DNA of 63,907 nucleotides, filler included, from Octopus bimaculoides (GCF_001194135.2; 6 parts of 6 records of this genome joined end to end with filler, not necessarily neighbours in it), one strand, 5' to 3'. Counted from the first letter of the whole stretch, positions 1 through 13,575 are shown. A program made the numbers and translations. Notes: generated by a model from the letters alone, not told the origin.

Positions 1-132
1 CTATATCTGCCTTAGGGTGGTGCATTCTATGCATTGTCAACAGTTTTCGTATTTTTCTGTCAACATTACATATTTCAGTAATTGACCAGTTAACGATATT
101 GAAACTGTAAGTCACGACTGGTATGGCTAGAG

Positions 133-134
<2 letters not shown>

Positions 135-210
<76 letters not shown>

Positions 211-360
211 TAAGGCGGTGAGCTGGGAGAATCGTTTGCACGCTGGACTAGGCTTTCATCCTTTTAGGGACGATAAAATAAGTACCAGTGTAATGGATCA
301 TCCTCTCCCCCAAAACTGCTGTCGTTGTGGCAAAGTTTGAAACCATAATAATAATAATAA

Positions 361-429
<69 letters not shown>

Positions 430-430
430 A
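135..430. repeat. (ATT)n and (ATA)n/(TAG)n microsatellites flanking a short SINE
   Basis: Direct: ATT run 135-210, ATA/TAG run about 346-430. Confidence 0.95.
211..345 (+). mobile_element. tRNA-derived SINE family A, internally deleted copy
   Basis: Starts AAGGCGGTGAGCTGGGAGAATCG and has GCTTTCATCC...AATAAGTACCAG shared with the fuller copies at 2420-2634 and 53044-53273. Confidence 0.75.
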
Positions 431-654
431 TCCAAAGATTTGCAGAATCCCCGGTAGTCTACCTGCCGATAGATTAACTTTTATTCCGTGCGAAGGCCTA
501 AAATAAATATCAATAATGTGTTTTGTTCGATATAATCGATTAAAGCGTTTCTCTCAAGAATTGCCGACAGTTTTATATTTAAGGAAACGTTGATTGCAGA
601 TCGTTTATTGAGCAGCAAGAAAGAAAGCAATAGCTGATAATCTAAACACTGATT

Positions 655-853
655 TCATAATATTGTCACAAGGGCAGCCATTTCGAGGATGGGAGATAAT
701 CCATTCCATCGTCTCCATTACTCTACTTATTTCATCGACCCCCGAAAGTATGATAGACAAAGCTGACCTCAGCAGATTTTGAACACAGAACGTAATGACG
801 GACGAAATGCTGCTAACCTGTTTACCCGGCGTGCTGAGGATTCCACCAGCTTA
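655..853 (-). mobile_element. SINE family A, diverged copy
   Basis: Shares TTTCATCGACCCC...AAAG.TGACCTC.GC.GA.TTTGAAC.CAGAACGTAA with 2420-2634. Confidence 0.75.
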
Positions 854-1534
854 TCAAAATTAATTTTTTGTTTTTTTTTGTTTACGAAACAAAGCAATGC
901 ATTAATCGTCAAAGAGAAGGAGTAATATGACTAAAGAAAATATAATTTAAGGGCTTTACTGTCACTCTGTCTCTGAAAGAATTACTCGTTTAGAAATTGA
1001 AAGTCATCCCTAAAGTCAGAAATTTCAATCCAATGAAAATCTTGTCTTATTCCATCTTTTCTGTAAATGCCCCCATTTCTGTTCAAAATAGCTTCAACAT
1101 AGCGAGGTACTCAACGTCAAATCTGTTTTATTTCAGAAATAAGTAACGGCATATAAATTATAATTAAACTAGATCCATCATTTTTATTTGAAAAATATAT
1201 CGTTGATATTATACAGAATAGAGCCCAAATGCCAAAGAGACGAGACACGAACTGCTGACAGGATAAGTAATAATACCATTGCCAATTTCCTGTTGTCCTC
1301 TATTTCAAATTATTACATTTAGAGCAATATTTTTGCTTCATTTTATTCAGCATGTGATCAACAATTACGACCGTCTTAGAATACAAAACTCATTAACACA
1401 ATCTTCATAGTTGCGAAATTCCCCAACCTTTGTTCTTTGTTGGCATACATATTCACAACTGGGTATGGCGTCTAAAATTAGAAAAAAAAACATACAAACA
1501 ATACAGTTGCATTAGAATCATTGCATGATATTGC

Positions 1535-1730
1535 TTTCAAATTTTTTCACAAAGCCAGCAATTTCGGAGAAGAGAATAAGTCGATGACATAAACTCCTGT
1601 ATTCAACTGGTATATATTTTATCGATAACGAAAGGATGAAATGCAAAGTCGACCCAGGCTGGGTTTGAACTCCAGACATAAAATCTTAAGCCACGACGCT
1701 GATGGGGTAACGATTCTGCGATTCTTTTCC
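1535..1730 (-). mobile_element. SINE family A, diverged copy
   Basis: AACTGGTA...ATCGAT...GAAAGGATGAAA.GCAAAGTCGACC...TTTGAACTC motif chain. Confidence 0.7.
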
Positions 1731-1858
1731 CGAACTTCATTAACATATAGTTTCTTCTCTCGCACGCATCTCAAATTAAAAGTTCCTTTCCGTTAACAAC
1801 TTATACTCAGTACATGTCTCAGCCATACTTTCAACTTTCCTACTTTTTCCCTATCTTC

Positions 1859-1859
<1 letters not shown>

Positions 1860-1932
<73 letters not shown>
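1860..1932. repeat. (ATCT)n microsatellite
   Basis: Direct. Confidence 0.95.
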
Positions 1933-1933
<1 letters not shown>

Positions 1934-2419
1934 ATCTTATCCGGAGTTGATTCGAACGTTAACTGCTTCCTTTTATTTAACTGACACGAACGATGCAAAT
2001 CTGTTTTATATTTGAGCCAAGATTTCCCTGCCTATTGTAATCAGCTCAGTCTGAGACGCCAGTTGACTGTAGGCAAAATTATGCTTTGAAATTTACTTCC
2101 ATTCGTCCTTAATAACATTTCATTGCAACTCTTCTCGGTTGTTGTAAGAGTATATTTCTAGTATAATGATGTACGCAGTAAATGCTAAAGAGGTGAACAC
2201 TTTTCTGAGAAATTTGGTTTGAAAGACATACATCTCGCAGCACATTTACCCATTACTGTTGAACAGTAAATATGGGTGAAGAGGAATTGAAACCATATTA
2301 TATTTAAATTAATCTTTAACTGGTCCACTACTATAGAATTGACTGGATTGCTACAACTATTGCTCCCATGGGATTATATAAATCATATAATCTGCAACGT
2401 TATGAATCAAGAAATACGT

Positions 2420-2634
2420 CTTTCTACTTGAAGCACAAGGCCTCAAATTTGGGGGAAGGGATTAAGTTGACTACATCGACCCCAGTGCGTAACTGGTACT
2501 TATTTTAAATCGATCACGAAACGATGAAAGGCAAACTTGACCTCGGCGGAATTTGAACTCAGAACGTAACAGCAAACGAAATACCGTTAAGCATTTCGCC
2601 CGACGTGCTAACGAATCTGCCAGCTCCGCGCCTT
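2420..2634 (-). mobile_element. SINE family A, well preserved
   Basis: Reverse strand begins AAGGCGCGGAGCTGGCAGATTCG (A-box-like) and has GAGTTCAAATTCC (B-box-like); homologous to five other copies in the window. Confidence 0.85.
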
Positions 2635-2850
2635 ATCGCTCTACAAATAATCATAACACGCATCACTGCAACTTCATAAAATGAATCTTTTAACACATTA
2701 AAGGAGATCTTACCTTTAATAAAGGCGCAGATCATGGCAGCTGCCATGAGAATAATCAATATGGATATCATACGCATTCTGTAAAGTATCATATATAGGA
2801 TATAGTTATTAATGGCTTATGTATTTGCCATTCAAAGAAACAAATTGTTA

Positions 2851-2981
2851 TACAGAGTGTCCATAAGGTCTGGCTACATGGAGTAAATAAAATCATAACA
2901 TAAACAATTGAATATAACAAATAATAATTTCTTAAAGTACGTGTTAATCGCCATGTACCCAGACTTTGTGGACACTCTGTA
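2851..2981. mobile_element. Tc1/mariner-type MITE
   Basis: TA-flanked terminal inverted repeats TA|CAGAGTGTCCATAAGGTCTGGCTACATGG and CCATGTACCCAGACTTTGTGGACACTCTG|TA, 3 mismatches; 127-bp element. Confidence 0.9.
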
Positions 2982-3299
2982 TATTGTTTTTTGGAAAATA
3001 ATCATCTGTTAGATAAATTTACCACGATTAATATGACGAGGGTGTCACCGCCAAATATGATATCAAAAGTTAATCGCCACATTTAGGTAACAAGATTACC
3101 AAAAATTAATTAGAACAAAATCAAGTTTACAACAAAAAATAAAATAAAAACAAATGCTTAAATGAACAAAATATATGTAGAAGAAATTCTTCACCTACTT
3201 TATAAATCCATATGTTAAAATAATTGGTAACAATTCATGACAAATATAGACAAAATTAGTTCTTTGAGTGTAGATTTCCTATTTAGGGCCAGAAAATAC

Positions 3300-4250
3300 A
3301 TCAGTAATTGACAACTTGTTACGAAGCACAAGCAGATAAGATACCCACTGCGGATCTCCTGTACATAGCTCGGACAGTACTTCTTGCACACATAAAACCA
3401 TACAGATCATCACATTATTGAAACAAGTCATGCAGCTGATTCGAAGTCACAGACTTGCAGTACATTCTAATATCGGATATGCTTCCACAAAGAATGAAAT
3501 CTGTCCATCTGAATTGGAAAGCTCAATGCGACAATCCTGAAGTCTAACCAACCAAGAGGGGTTTTTCATTTACTTCATAACGATCACGCAAAATAATCTA
3601 AATTTATAATTGTATTCTTGAATAATTCGCGTCCTTCCGCTTCCTAGGAATCTTGCAAACGTGCCTCATCCTACAAGAGTAAAATTTGTCAGCATTTGCT
3701 GATCCCGTTTAGAGACTGGTGGTGTTTGGTTGTTTAACTCCTGAGAAAGTTTGATCTTAAAACCTTTTTTTAAACATACAATGTATGTCCAACGTGTGAC
3801 TGCTACTCAAAGATATTTGTTGATTGTTTTATTGTTCTTCATACAAAATTCTTATCATTATATCCAAGCTCCTTTATGCAGACATATTGAGTAAAGTGTT
3901 ACTTTTAATAGCTTTCTTACAATAGATTCATTTTACTTCTAATCTAGCTGACTTTTCTCTTGAATCAAACAAGTTTTGTTGTATCCTCAACAAGTCTAAC
4001 AAATTTTCCCAGCTCTTCTCTCCAAAATATATCTTATTCAACTGAAGCCCCGCTTAGGTTTGAGTTCCATGGGAATCTTTTGACTTTTCTATCCAAAATG
4101 TGTTTTAAACAAATATCATTTATAGCTTTATTTGCTTTGCCTTTCACCGTTCCAAAATAAGAATTATTTCACGTTCTCTCAAAGTTTCTAAGTTCTTTGT
4201 TAATTTCAAGCACTTAGTAGTACCTCCGTGTGAGTTACCAATATTAACTT
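3300..4250 (-). pseudogene. heavily decayed transposase-like remnant, possibly hAT
   Basis: Homologous to 10008-10122; broken frames give FGEKSWENLLDLL, RKRK, GRELFK, EAYPIL, which loosely follow hAT C-terminal motifs. Family call is inference. Confidence 0.4.
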
Positions 4251-4559
4251 CACTTATACATATTTGACTAGTCAGGTATCCATACAAAAATTCTAGAAAT
4301 TTTTTGTGTATGTCAAGTTTCAAATTTCATATTCATGTAACTGTAGATCACACATGGGTTAATATATCAAAATGGTGATGTCACCTAAACTGTATAAGAT
4401 TTAACGTAACCTGGAGATTTTCGAAAATTGCTGGGCGAAAAATTGTAGGGCATATATGTGCACACATGACACCGTAAGGTTACAATATTTGAATTTCATC
4501 TATTACCACTGCAAGTCTAAGGTCTGAACTTTGTTGATTTTCACTGTGTCGCATAGAAA

Positions 4560-4616
<57 letters not shown>

Positions 4617-4640
4617 AGAGATGGAGAGAGAGAGAGAAAG
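4560..4640. repeat. (GA)n microsatellite
   Basis: Direct. Confidence 0.95.
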
Positions 4641-4670
4641 AAACGAGCTGATTGTTGTTTGAGGGCTGCG

Positions 4671-5455
4671 TACGAGGTGGTACCAAAACGTTCCAGGACT
4701 AGTAATGTTTAATAAGAAAATAACTTATTTACCCAAGTTTTAACATCCTCTCCTTCGAAATTCTCACCTTGCGAAGCAAGACACCGGTCTCAGCGTTTCT
4801 ATCAATTATGGAATCCAGCCTGTAAGTCGTTTTCGGTAAGCGAATCGAGGACAACGGTATTAAAACGATGACGGTTGAGCTGCATTTTCACCTTGGGGAA
4901 GAGATGGAAAACCGCAGGGGCTAAATCTGGCAAATAGGGTGGGTGTGGAAGCGATACTATGTTGTTTTTGACGAGAAACTCATGAATGAGGAATGCCCGC
5001 AAACAGGGTCCGCTCTCATCGTGAAGAATCCAAATCGTGCTCCAAAGATGCGGACGCTTTCACCGAATGTACCCGTTCAAACACTTCAAAACCTCGCAGC
5101 AGAACTCTCGATTGACGGTCTGTCCTTGGGGAACGAATTCACGTTGCGCAATTTCACATTTCCATCAGTGTCGCTCGAGGTAGGTCTTCCAGATCACACA
5201 TCATCTTCCAGGGATATTCTCCCGCTTTTGAATCGCCGTGCCACTCGAAATATTGCCACTCGTTGCCTCGTCGCCGTAAGCTTGCCCAAGCAAGCATATC
5301 TGTAGTAGATTTCCAAAGCTCAACGCAGAATTTCAAGTTGGGTCTTCGTTTCTGTACATGACAAAATCGTGGTCACAAAAACACAAGTTTCACAACTTGT
5401 AGAGAAAACACAGCGATGTCACTCGTTACACTGCTTCGTGAAGGTCAATGCTAGC
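4671..5455 (-). mobile_element. mariner transposon, internally deleted and frameshifted
   Basis: N-terminal KFCVELWKSTT...FEWH (HTH), EFVPQGQTVNREF..EVLK, ILHDESGP, HPPYLPDLAPAVFHLFPK; TA|CGAGG terminus at 4671. Partner TIR not seen. Confidence 0.9.
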
Positions 5456-6029
5456 TGTCGCAAAAAAAAACCCCCTCAAAAAAAGGGAAGAGGAATGAAT
5501 AAAGAATATTATAGTAATAATGAGACACCACACTCACTTGACGAGTGGAATGATATAGCGTCTATATAAGTAAGTAGTGTACGGGAGTATGTGTTAGACT
5601 ATGTTGATAGTCGTGTCTGTGCTGATCTGATAATTATTTATACTGTGATAATGAGTGGACGTTATAACGGTCCAACCTTTTGAGGATGATAACACCGTAC
5701 AACGGTGGGTGGTGGGGGGTCATGCAGTGCCAGATAGAAACATCCTATCAATGACTTCGCAATATAACAATATCTGTCAGGGTAACATAGGTTGTTACAT
5801 TAATGTTTCTTTCCATGTCAACTCATATCGACAGAGCATGCAAAGCACAAGATTAAGCTGAAAATTCCTCAACACTTTTCTTTTCTGTGATGTACACGTT
5901 CACTTCTACAAAGTGAACGCCTGACAGAGACGCTTTCTTTGCTTTTATCAGACTGTTTGATGAGGGGTGTGAACCGAAACTTCGAAGTCTCTATCAAGTT
6001 GTTGCTTTTAAAACTTAATATACATGCAC

Positions 6030-6039
<10 letters not shown>

Positions 6040-6068
<29 letters not shown>

Positions 6069-6305
6069 NNNNNNNNNNNNNNNNNNNNNNNNNNNNNNNN
6101 NNNNNNNNNNNNNNNNNNNNNNNNNNNNNNNNNNNNNNNNNNNNNNNNNNNNNNNNNNNNNNNNNNNNNNNNNNNNNNNNNNNNNNNNNNNNNNNNNNNN
6201 NNNNNNNNNNNNNNNNNNNNNNNNNNNNNNNNNNNNNNNNNNNNNNNNNNNNNNNNNNNNNNNNNNNNNNNNNNNNNNNNNNNNNNNNNNNNNNNNNNNN
6301 NNNNN

Positions 6306-6362
<57 letters not shown>
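6040..6362. repeat. (TA)n - N gap - (GT)n
   Basis: Direct; source of several spurious ORFs. Confidence 0.95.
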
Positions 6363-6363
<1 letters not shown>

Positions 6364-6839
6364 ATATGTATCTGCGAACAATATTAATTACCTCTGCGAA
6401 TTTCTTTGTGGATTTCTTGTAAAAGGCATCTGACCTGATGTAACTTAGATCTCAGAGATTCTTCGAGTAGGTTTCACAAGCCAATATTCCATGTCCTTAT
6501 ATAAGAACCATAATGCTGCTAGCTGTCACAAATATAATTGTTCTAACTGGTTTATCGCTTCTTGATTTCAATACACTCATTTTCATTTTGCTTTAGATTT
6601 AACTTAATGCGCAGAAACATATTTTAGTGCATTATATTCTAAGACATCTTTATAACTTTATCACATAATTATGAACAAGTATTGCAGCTTTGTATGTATT
6701 TGCAAGGAGACGAAACAAAAGCACTCCATCAAACATTTCGCTACCATCTGTGAATTTCTCTTTCTTTCTTTCCTTTTATCTATCTATCAGTCCGTCTCCG
6801 TTTTCTATCATCAATCACACTTTCATACTCTCTTTCCCG

Positions 6840-6907
<68 letters not shown>

Positions 6908-7234
6908 NNNNNNNNNNNNNNNNNNNNNNNNNNNNNNNNNNNNNNNNNNNNNNNNNNNNNNNNNNNNNNNNNNNNNNNNNNNNNNNNNNNNNNNNNNNNN
7001 NNNNNNNNNNNNNNNNNNNNNNNNNNNNNNNNNNNNNNNNNNNNNNNNNNNNNNNNNNNNNNNNNNNNNNNNNNNNNNNNNNNNNNNNNNNNNNNNNNNN
7101 NNNNNNNNNNNNNNNNNNNNNNNNNNNNNNNNNNNNNNNNNNNNNNNNNNNNNNNNNNNNNNNNNNNNNNNNNNNNNNNNNNNNNNNNNNNNNNNNNNNN
7201 NNNNNNNNNNNNNNNNNNNNNNNNNNNNNNNNNN

Positions 7235-7283
<49 letters not shown>
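6840..7283. repeat. (CT)n - N gap - (CA)n(TA)n
   Basis: Direct. Confidence 0.95.
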
Positions 7284-7319
7284 AAACTACTTTGACTTTG
7301 AGTATATGTCGATCAAAGC

Positions 7320-7620
7320 CTATCCACCATTTGGGCTACCTGATGTCATCCACAGTAACAATATAATCTACACTGGATCTACGTCACTATTATGATTAAA
7401 AAATGAAACGGACGATAGACTTGGTACGAATCTTTATTTTGCGCGACGATCGCATCTGTCCCATAAGGGTAGGATATTGTGCATCTGGTTGCGTTGCATC
7501 AATCAGTCCAGGCTATATCACTTCAGGTGCTTGGTGCAGGACAAGATATATAGCACTAGATATACTGAGATCTCTTTCGCATATTGTCTGGATAGTTGCA
7601 CATTCGTAGACTGTCAAAAC
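7320..7620 (+). pseudogene. possible decayed LTR-retrotransposon integrase fragment
   Basis: One frame gives PFGLPDVIHSN (cf. FGxPxxIHSDQG) and later EISFAY; one internal stop. Motif resemblance only. Confidence 0.3.
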
Positions 7621-9294
7621 GTAGGATGCGTCTGGGGATTTTACCGGCAGGTGGCGTTGGCTATGGTTGAACGTGAATATATAACGTAAATCTAGATATT
7701 AAATGATAGAGAAAAAATCATATACGATAAGAAAATATCAGAAAATATCAGAAAATACAACATTCGTCGTATTCATCAAATTTACAAGTAGGTTATGTGC
7801 GATTTGAACCTTTAGCTATCTCCGGCTCAAATACTGTAGCAAATATTGTAGCAAATATTGTAGTTGTTATCCATTTGAACTGGCCAGATTTGACCTCTGA
7901 CACCTATCCTAAAATGTTTATTATAAAAAAATTTTAAATCACATTATCAGATTCTTCAAGAAACGAGATAATGCTGGATTAATTGAAAACAATGTAAATA
8001 AAGACCACTAGTCTTGACAGACTTTGAGTGCTAAAGGTTTCAATGAAGATTGTTAAACATCTCTAACATGTTAGACGACCGCAATGAAACCGTCGCTGTT
8101 GGTATTCGTTACCCATGCTGTTTTATTTGCAGAAATATAACTGCCGACACAAAGCTGAGTACAAATTCAATACTTCTCTGTTCTTAAAGAAAGTCGTTAT
8201 TGTGAGGTTAGGTTTTAAATATGACGTTGCATATAATACATAAAGTATATTTTTTCAACATATGGTAGATTCTAAAGATGATAACAGCCTCTCTTTTGAA
8301 ATCCTCGTTTAAAGTTAAAACCTATTGAAATTGCGATATAATTATATGACAGATAATTATGCATTAAACTTATTTTAAATTGTTTTCATGATACTTAGAG
8401 AAGCAATATCTCAACCAAATGGGAAGATCTATATTTCTAGCAGGTGTTAGCATTTTATGTTGTGTCTATGGATAGTCATCTTACGAATATAATTAACAGA
8501 CACGCTGGTTCAATTCCATTCATTTATTAAATATCCATTTAAAAAAAAAAATTTTTTATCAAAGCTCTTTCGTTACTTTTTTGCAACTTTCTAAGTGAGT
8601 CTGTGACTCAGTGACTATTGATTGTAAAGGTTGCAAAGAAGCAACGAAATAGCTTTGACAAAAAAATCGGATATTTAATAAATGAGTACAATTTAATCAG
8701 TGTGTATGTTAATTATATTGACGTGAAGAGTCTCCGTAGACACTACAAAATTTCTTTCAACAAACAAATTCACATAACGAAGGTTGCAAACCAGATACAA
8801 AAATGAATTCGCACTTTATGTTGATATATATACACTTCGTTACAGAACGCTACAGAAAAGCGACAGAAACGAAAACAACGTCACATTTTGAACCTGAGAA
8901 AAGTCTTGCAGAGTTTTACTGTTCCACTTACAAATTGTATTTGTAATGTGTGAGGAGTCACTTGGTTGATTTCTTTTCCTGAAAATCCAAGCTTATTCAG
9001 ACTGACGGCTCAGCATTCACTTAAAAAACCAAGAGCTCCAATTATTTGGATAAATGTAAATTCATAATCCAGATATAGAGATATAGAAGCTGGAGGTTTC
9101 GAAACAGTTGTCGATAGCAATCTTCTTTCTCTTTGATTTTCAAAGAAAAATTCACATCATCAGGACAGCTGACCTCTATGACGGTACATACTTTTGTTTG
9201 TATGCATGTATGTATGTATGTATTATGTATATATTTTCACCACAACTTTCTCTCACTCTTACTTCCTGTTTCTGTTGTGCCTGTAATTCAAATG

Positions 9295-9475
9295 GCCAGA
9301 CTTGTCACACTTTGTTTCACGCTGAATCTCCCCGAGAACTACGTTAATGGTACACGTGTCTGTGGAGTGCTCAGCCACTTGCACATTAATAAATGAGCTG
9401 CGACGTCACTGGTGCCAAGCTATATTGTCCTCTCTATGTTTAGCACCTTTTGGGCAATAAACAAATAAATACCAC
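9295..9475 (+). mobile_element. short interspersed repeat fragment
   Basis: CTTGTCACAC...GAGAACTACGTTAA.GGTACACGTGTCTGTGGAGTGCTCAGCCACTTGCAC resembles a repeat I associate with octopus DNA; single copy here. Confidence 0.4.
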
Positions 9476-9899
9476 ATGAATCAGAGGAACAAAACACACA
9501 CACACTTGTACACACGTACATACACACACATACACATACTCCTGCACACACACGCATACACGCATACACACAATCCGCTCCTCAGTACGTCTCAATATAT
9601 TCTAATCAGAATTATGTGATACTGGAAATTGAGACAATCTTAAACTCACCCATACTAACAACTATTTATTTCCTCAAACTTTGAAATCTGCTTTTTGCTA
9701 GAGATCTCCAGCTTTCGACACACATTAGAGTACACATGAAATTTATTGTAAATCTGAAACATAAAACCACTCAGATACCCCCAGCTAGAAGGGTATGAGA
9801 ATTGAAATCCAGCGACTAATGCAAATTTGAATTATTTTTTCGATATAACAATGAATCAGTAACAACTGCGCCCGTAGGAAATACCAGACTATTTAGATA

Positions 9900-10500
9900 G
9901 AATATGGTTGATGCCGATATTCGATATTGGCTTTGAGATGCATGAAATTCATTTGAAGTAAATTCGGGAGAGCTTTAAGTGCGATATCATTTGAATGCGA
10001 TAAATAGTGGAGAGAAGAGCTAGGAGAATTCGTTAGGATTGTTCAGGATATAACAAAAGTTTGATTGTCTGAGCAGAAAATCCAGTTGGATTAGAGTAAA
10101 AAGAAGCATATTATGAGAAAGCGAATAGTTGTAGCATGTTATACAATGTACCTTCAGAAAAGGGTCAAAATTCCTATTTTGAGATAGATTTCTACAACGT
10201 CTGTATGTGTTACGATAGAAATGTTCGAAACATCGTGGAGTACCAGTCTGGTGAGGATAACGCTTTCTCATAAAATTAGGTCTATTGTTAGTGGTCCAAA
10301 TACTCTTCAAATTGTCGGCAATGGCTAATAATTATTCATGTGTATTTCTAATGTCGAAATAACTTCAACGTGCCTCATTTGTTTGGAGGATACAATACGA
10401 CTAAATAATGGTATTTTAGGCATTTTAGTTTGGGTGCATACACCAAAATGAGCGAACAGAGAATGGATCGACTGCGACACTGGTGCAGTAGCAGGATATG
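9900..10500 (+). pseudogene. second copy of the decayed transposase-like family at 3300-4250
   Basis: 44 of 51 nt identical to the reverse complement of 3974-4024 at its start; downstream TKMSEQRMDRL resembles the hAT dimerisation-domain motif RSTMSQERL. Confidence 0.45.
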
Positions 10501-10961
10501 CATCACTATACCATGTTCAGATCTGAGAAGTTGCATATTTCAGTTTCTCAGAGAATGAACTGGTGAAAGTACTTTAACTCGCAAATATTGATAACGATCG
10601 ATCAAAATTTATTGATCGAGTCTTCTATCAGCACCTGGTCCCATTTAAGAAACAATACAATATGTCAGAGAATTCAGTGCTTGCTGTTCAGAAAGTTTAA
10701 CAAGGATAATAACACCATTATGTCACTGTAGTTAACGAAAATGAAATCTTCAGTTGATCGATAATAATAAAAAACACTTTTGGACAGGCGAATGTTTTCT
10801 TTTTAATTTATACAAGTTGACACTTGCAGAATAAATGAGTTATGTGAGCAATAACTCTAGAGAGTGACAAAATATGAAGGATGTAAAAATATATCTATGA
10901 ATCTATTTGAGAGATGCATTGTAGCCTCAACGGAAATGGAATGCTCTATTGATTGTTAGAT

Positions 10962-11234
10962 CAGTGGTTCCCATCCGGGGACCACAGGATCTTTGGTGGG
11001 GATGTCGGTCCATATAAGATTTTGTTATTAAAATTTATATGCAATAGATTGGTTGTAGTTCTATAATACACAAAATATTTTAACATATTTTTCATGCAAT
11101 TCTCAATAATATTCCAAAAATGCATAATTATAAAATTATAATGGGATATTTTAAAACATTGAATATCTATGAGGGTCCAGTTGAATCAAATAGGAATCAA
11201 ATGTGTCCGTAGGTAGAATATGGTTAAGAACCTG
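10962..11234. mobile_element. hAT-type (Charlie-like) MITE
   Basis: Left end CAGTGGTTCCCA, degenerate right end GGTTAAGAACC-TG, AT-rich interior; no clean 8-bp TSD. Confidence 0.6.
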
Positions 11235-11483
11235 TTGTGTCGACGCCCCCAGCGAGGAAGTAGGATCTCCCAAGATATATAAATAGAGGTAGTCTGGTCA
11301 TGGTAGGTGTGTTGAGTAGCGGTTGAGTAGCAGTCGAATAGCAGTTGTGTAGCGGTTGAGTAGAGATCATTCGAAGGTGCTAGATAGCAGTAGCTTGGGA
11401 CATAGCAGAACCACAAGATTAAACTCAGCATTGACTGTCTTTAGAATAGGAAGTCAGAAGCCCAGGTTTCCTGTTGTGTAACA
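11233..11483 (+). mobile_element. solo-LTR-like segment
   Basis: TG...CA ends, TATATAAATAG at about 11274, internal GTTGAGTAGC repeats, GC-richer than flanks. No canonical TSD. Confidence 0.4.
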
Positions 11484-11691
11484 TAAAATACAGGAAAAAA
11501 ATCTTTCTATCTTTATTGACTGAATATTAGTATTCTTGTTAAATGCCTGTATGATTTTATTTAATTATAAGACAAGTAAGCTTTATAGATCAAGGGATAT
11601 AATGTTCGAGATATGAGCAGAGACTTGCAGTGTGTATCGCATCTACGAGTAGCAATTGATAGCGGCTGCTAAGGAATTTGCCAGCCCTAAA

Positions 11692-11809
11692 TACGAGGGG
11701 TGTCTCTGAAGTTTTGAGCCTTGAAGTCTTGTACATTCATCAGAAATCTTGTACCATGTTTTTTTGGGGTTTTTTTTTGAGGCTCAAAACTTTTCCTACA
11801 CCCCTCGTA
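11692..11809. mobile_element. mariner-type MITE
   Basis: TA|CGAGGGGTGT.....AAGTTTTGAGCCT inverted at both ends (25 of 30 match), TA flanks. Confidence 0.9.
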
Positions 11810-13451
11810 GGTTACGTAAGACTTGAAAAGTAATTCTTTTTCTATATCTACGACGAATTTTTGTCAAATATCTTGATGAATCGACAGAGTTTTTCGAATC
11901 CTTATCTTCCTATCTGGTATTCATCAGTGATTTGTTGTAGTAGAAATGTGCCACTAGTATCTGTTTATAGTAGAGAAATTCGATTATTAATTAAAACATC
12001 ACGTTGCTAGTGACAAGCCTCTCATATACATATTAACAATGTTCAGTTTATCTGATATCAGTGGAGATGTGACAGTCATGTTCTAATATCCTGGTATTCT
12101 AATATAACCAATCTATTTGGACTGCTTGACAAAATAGCAGATATATCCGATGATTGTACGCAATTTTACAGATTGTAAACGAAGTCAACATTGTGCGCTC
12201 AGGCTGAATGCATGATATACATTAATAATATTTTAAAGTAACTTTATCACACTGTATTGATACTTATCATAACTGACTGTAGATTATATTGCCTTTTTTA
12301 AAATGTTAGTATATATATATTGTATATATTCATCAAGAAACACTTTTTGGGAAACGTCTTCTATTCTTAGCGGTTCGGCAAAAGATAATATTAGACATTA
12401 AATGTGATATGGAATATAGAATAGTAATACGAATCAGAAAACGCAATTGACAAGGACAGAATGTCGTGGGAACGGTGATCGCATGACCATTAATTGGCTG
12501 CATACGTCATGTTTCGTAGACACCCTTTTCTATATGAAATTCGTGCTTTAAAGGTCAAGTATACAATGAAATTTCGAATGTTATTTTTTGTTACTTTCAC
12601 ATTTGCATATTATAATCCAATTCATGTTGGTTACCTCGCTATGTTGAAGGTGATTTGAATTGTAAACTGATCAATTTTGTAATTGATGACGTAAAGAAAG
12701 ATATTTCATTGTATTACAATTTCTGAATTTAATGATGACAAAAAATAGTCCTTTTATATTCCTAAGTAATTCTTTTTGCCGGAGGTATGGCTGGGTTCTC
12801 TCAATTCGTATATTTTTTCAACCGTTTTACGCCTTCTCTGCACTCTGTATTAACTACTTAAAGCCAAACATCAATGTTCAAAAACTTCTTTAATTTAATT
12901 CATTCGATACAGAAACTGTTATTGCAGTAAATTAATTTAGAGGTTTAAAATATGTCTCTCAGGACGTCTGGTATCATAAATGCATACAACATTCTCTTCA
13001 TTACAGAAATGTCGGAGTATACTATGTGATATCTGTCCTATTACTATAAATCTTAGATGACCAGAGGCGCATAACTGACTTTATAGAATGAGTATCGAAT
13101 GGCGATACAACAAAAATGAGTGATTGAAGAAAAATAAGTCTATACATCAATACTAGAATTGCTTATCATACTGACACACAGCAGTAGACGAATTATAAAG
13201 ATAAAATAGTAATTAAGTAGCACAAGAGAGTCGCTAATTTTATCTTTATTTCTTCTTTGTTTCATTAACGTGGCTGTGTATATCAGAACAAAAATTGCTT
13301 TTAGATAATATTGAATCAAGTTCCTTGTGTTTAAAATACATTGGAATGAAGCTACAGTCTCCTACTGGAGACGAGTATTTGCCAGAATATATGATACATG
13401 TCTAAGCTGATATTCTAATATGATTATCTATCTATCTATCTAGTTATCTCT

Positions 13452-13531
<80 letters not shown>

Positions 13532-13575
13532 NNNNNNNNNNNNNNNNNNNNNNNNNNNNNNNNNNNNNNNNNNNN

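Noticed and set aside
2420-2634. tRNA genes at the heads of families A, B and C
   Set aside because: A/B-box-like motifs are present but no cloverleaf, and each runs into a SINE body.
5655-5861. 68-aa ORF MDVITVQPFEDDNTVQRW...
   Set aside because: No recognisable domain and weak splice context; chance ORF cannot be excluded.
5869-7366. Long ORFs across (TA)n, (GT)n, (CT)n and N gaps, and similar ones at 15187-16119, 30078-30615, 40720-41384, 54993-55928, 60807-61148 and 63455-63904
   Set aside because: Open only because dinucleotide/tetranucleotide repeats and Ns lack stop codons.
9146-9183. 38-nt plus-strand micro-exon candidate
   Set aside because: Good acceptor but weak donor and no partner exons.
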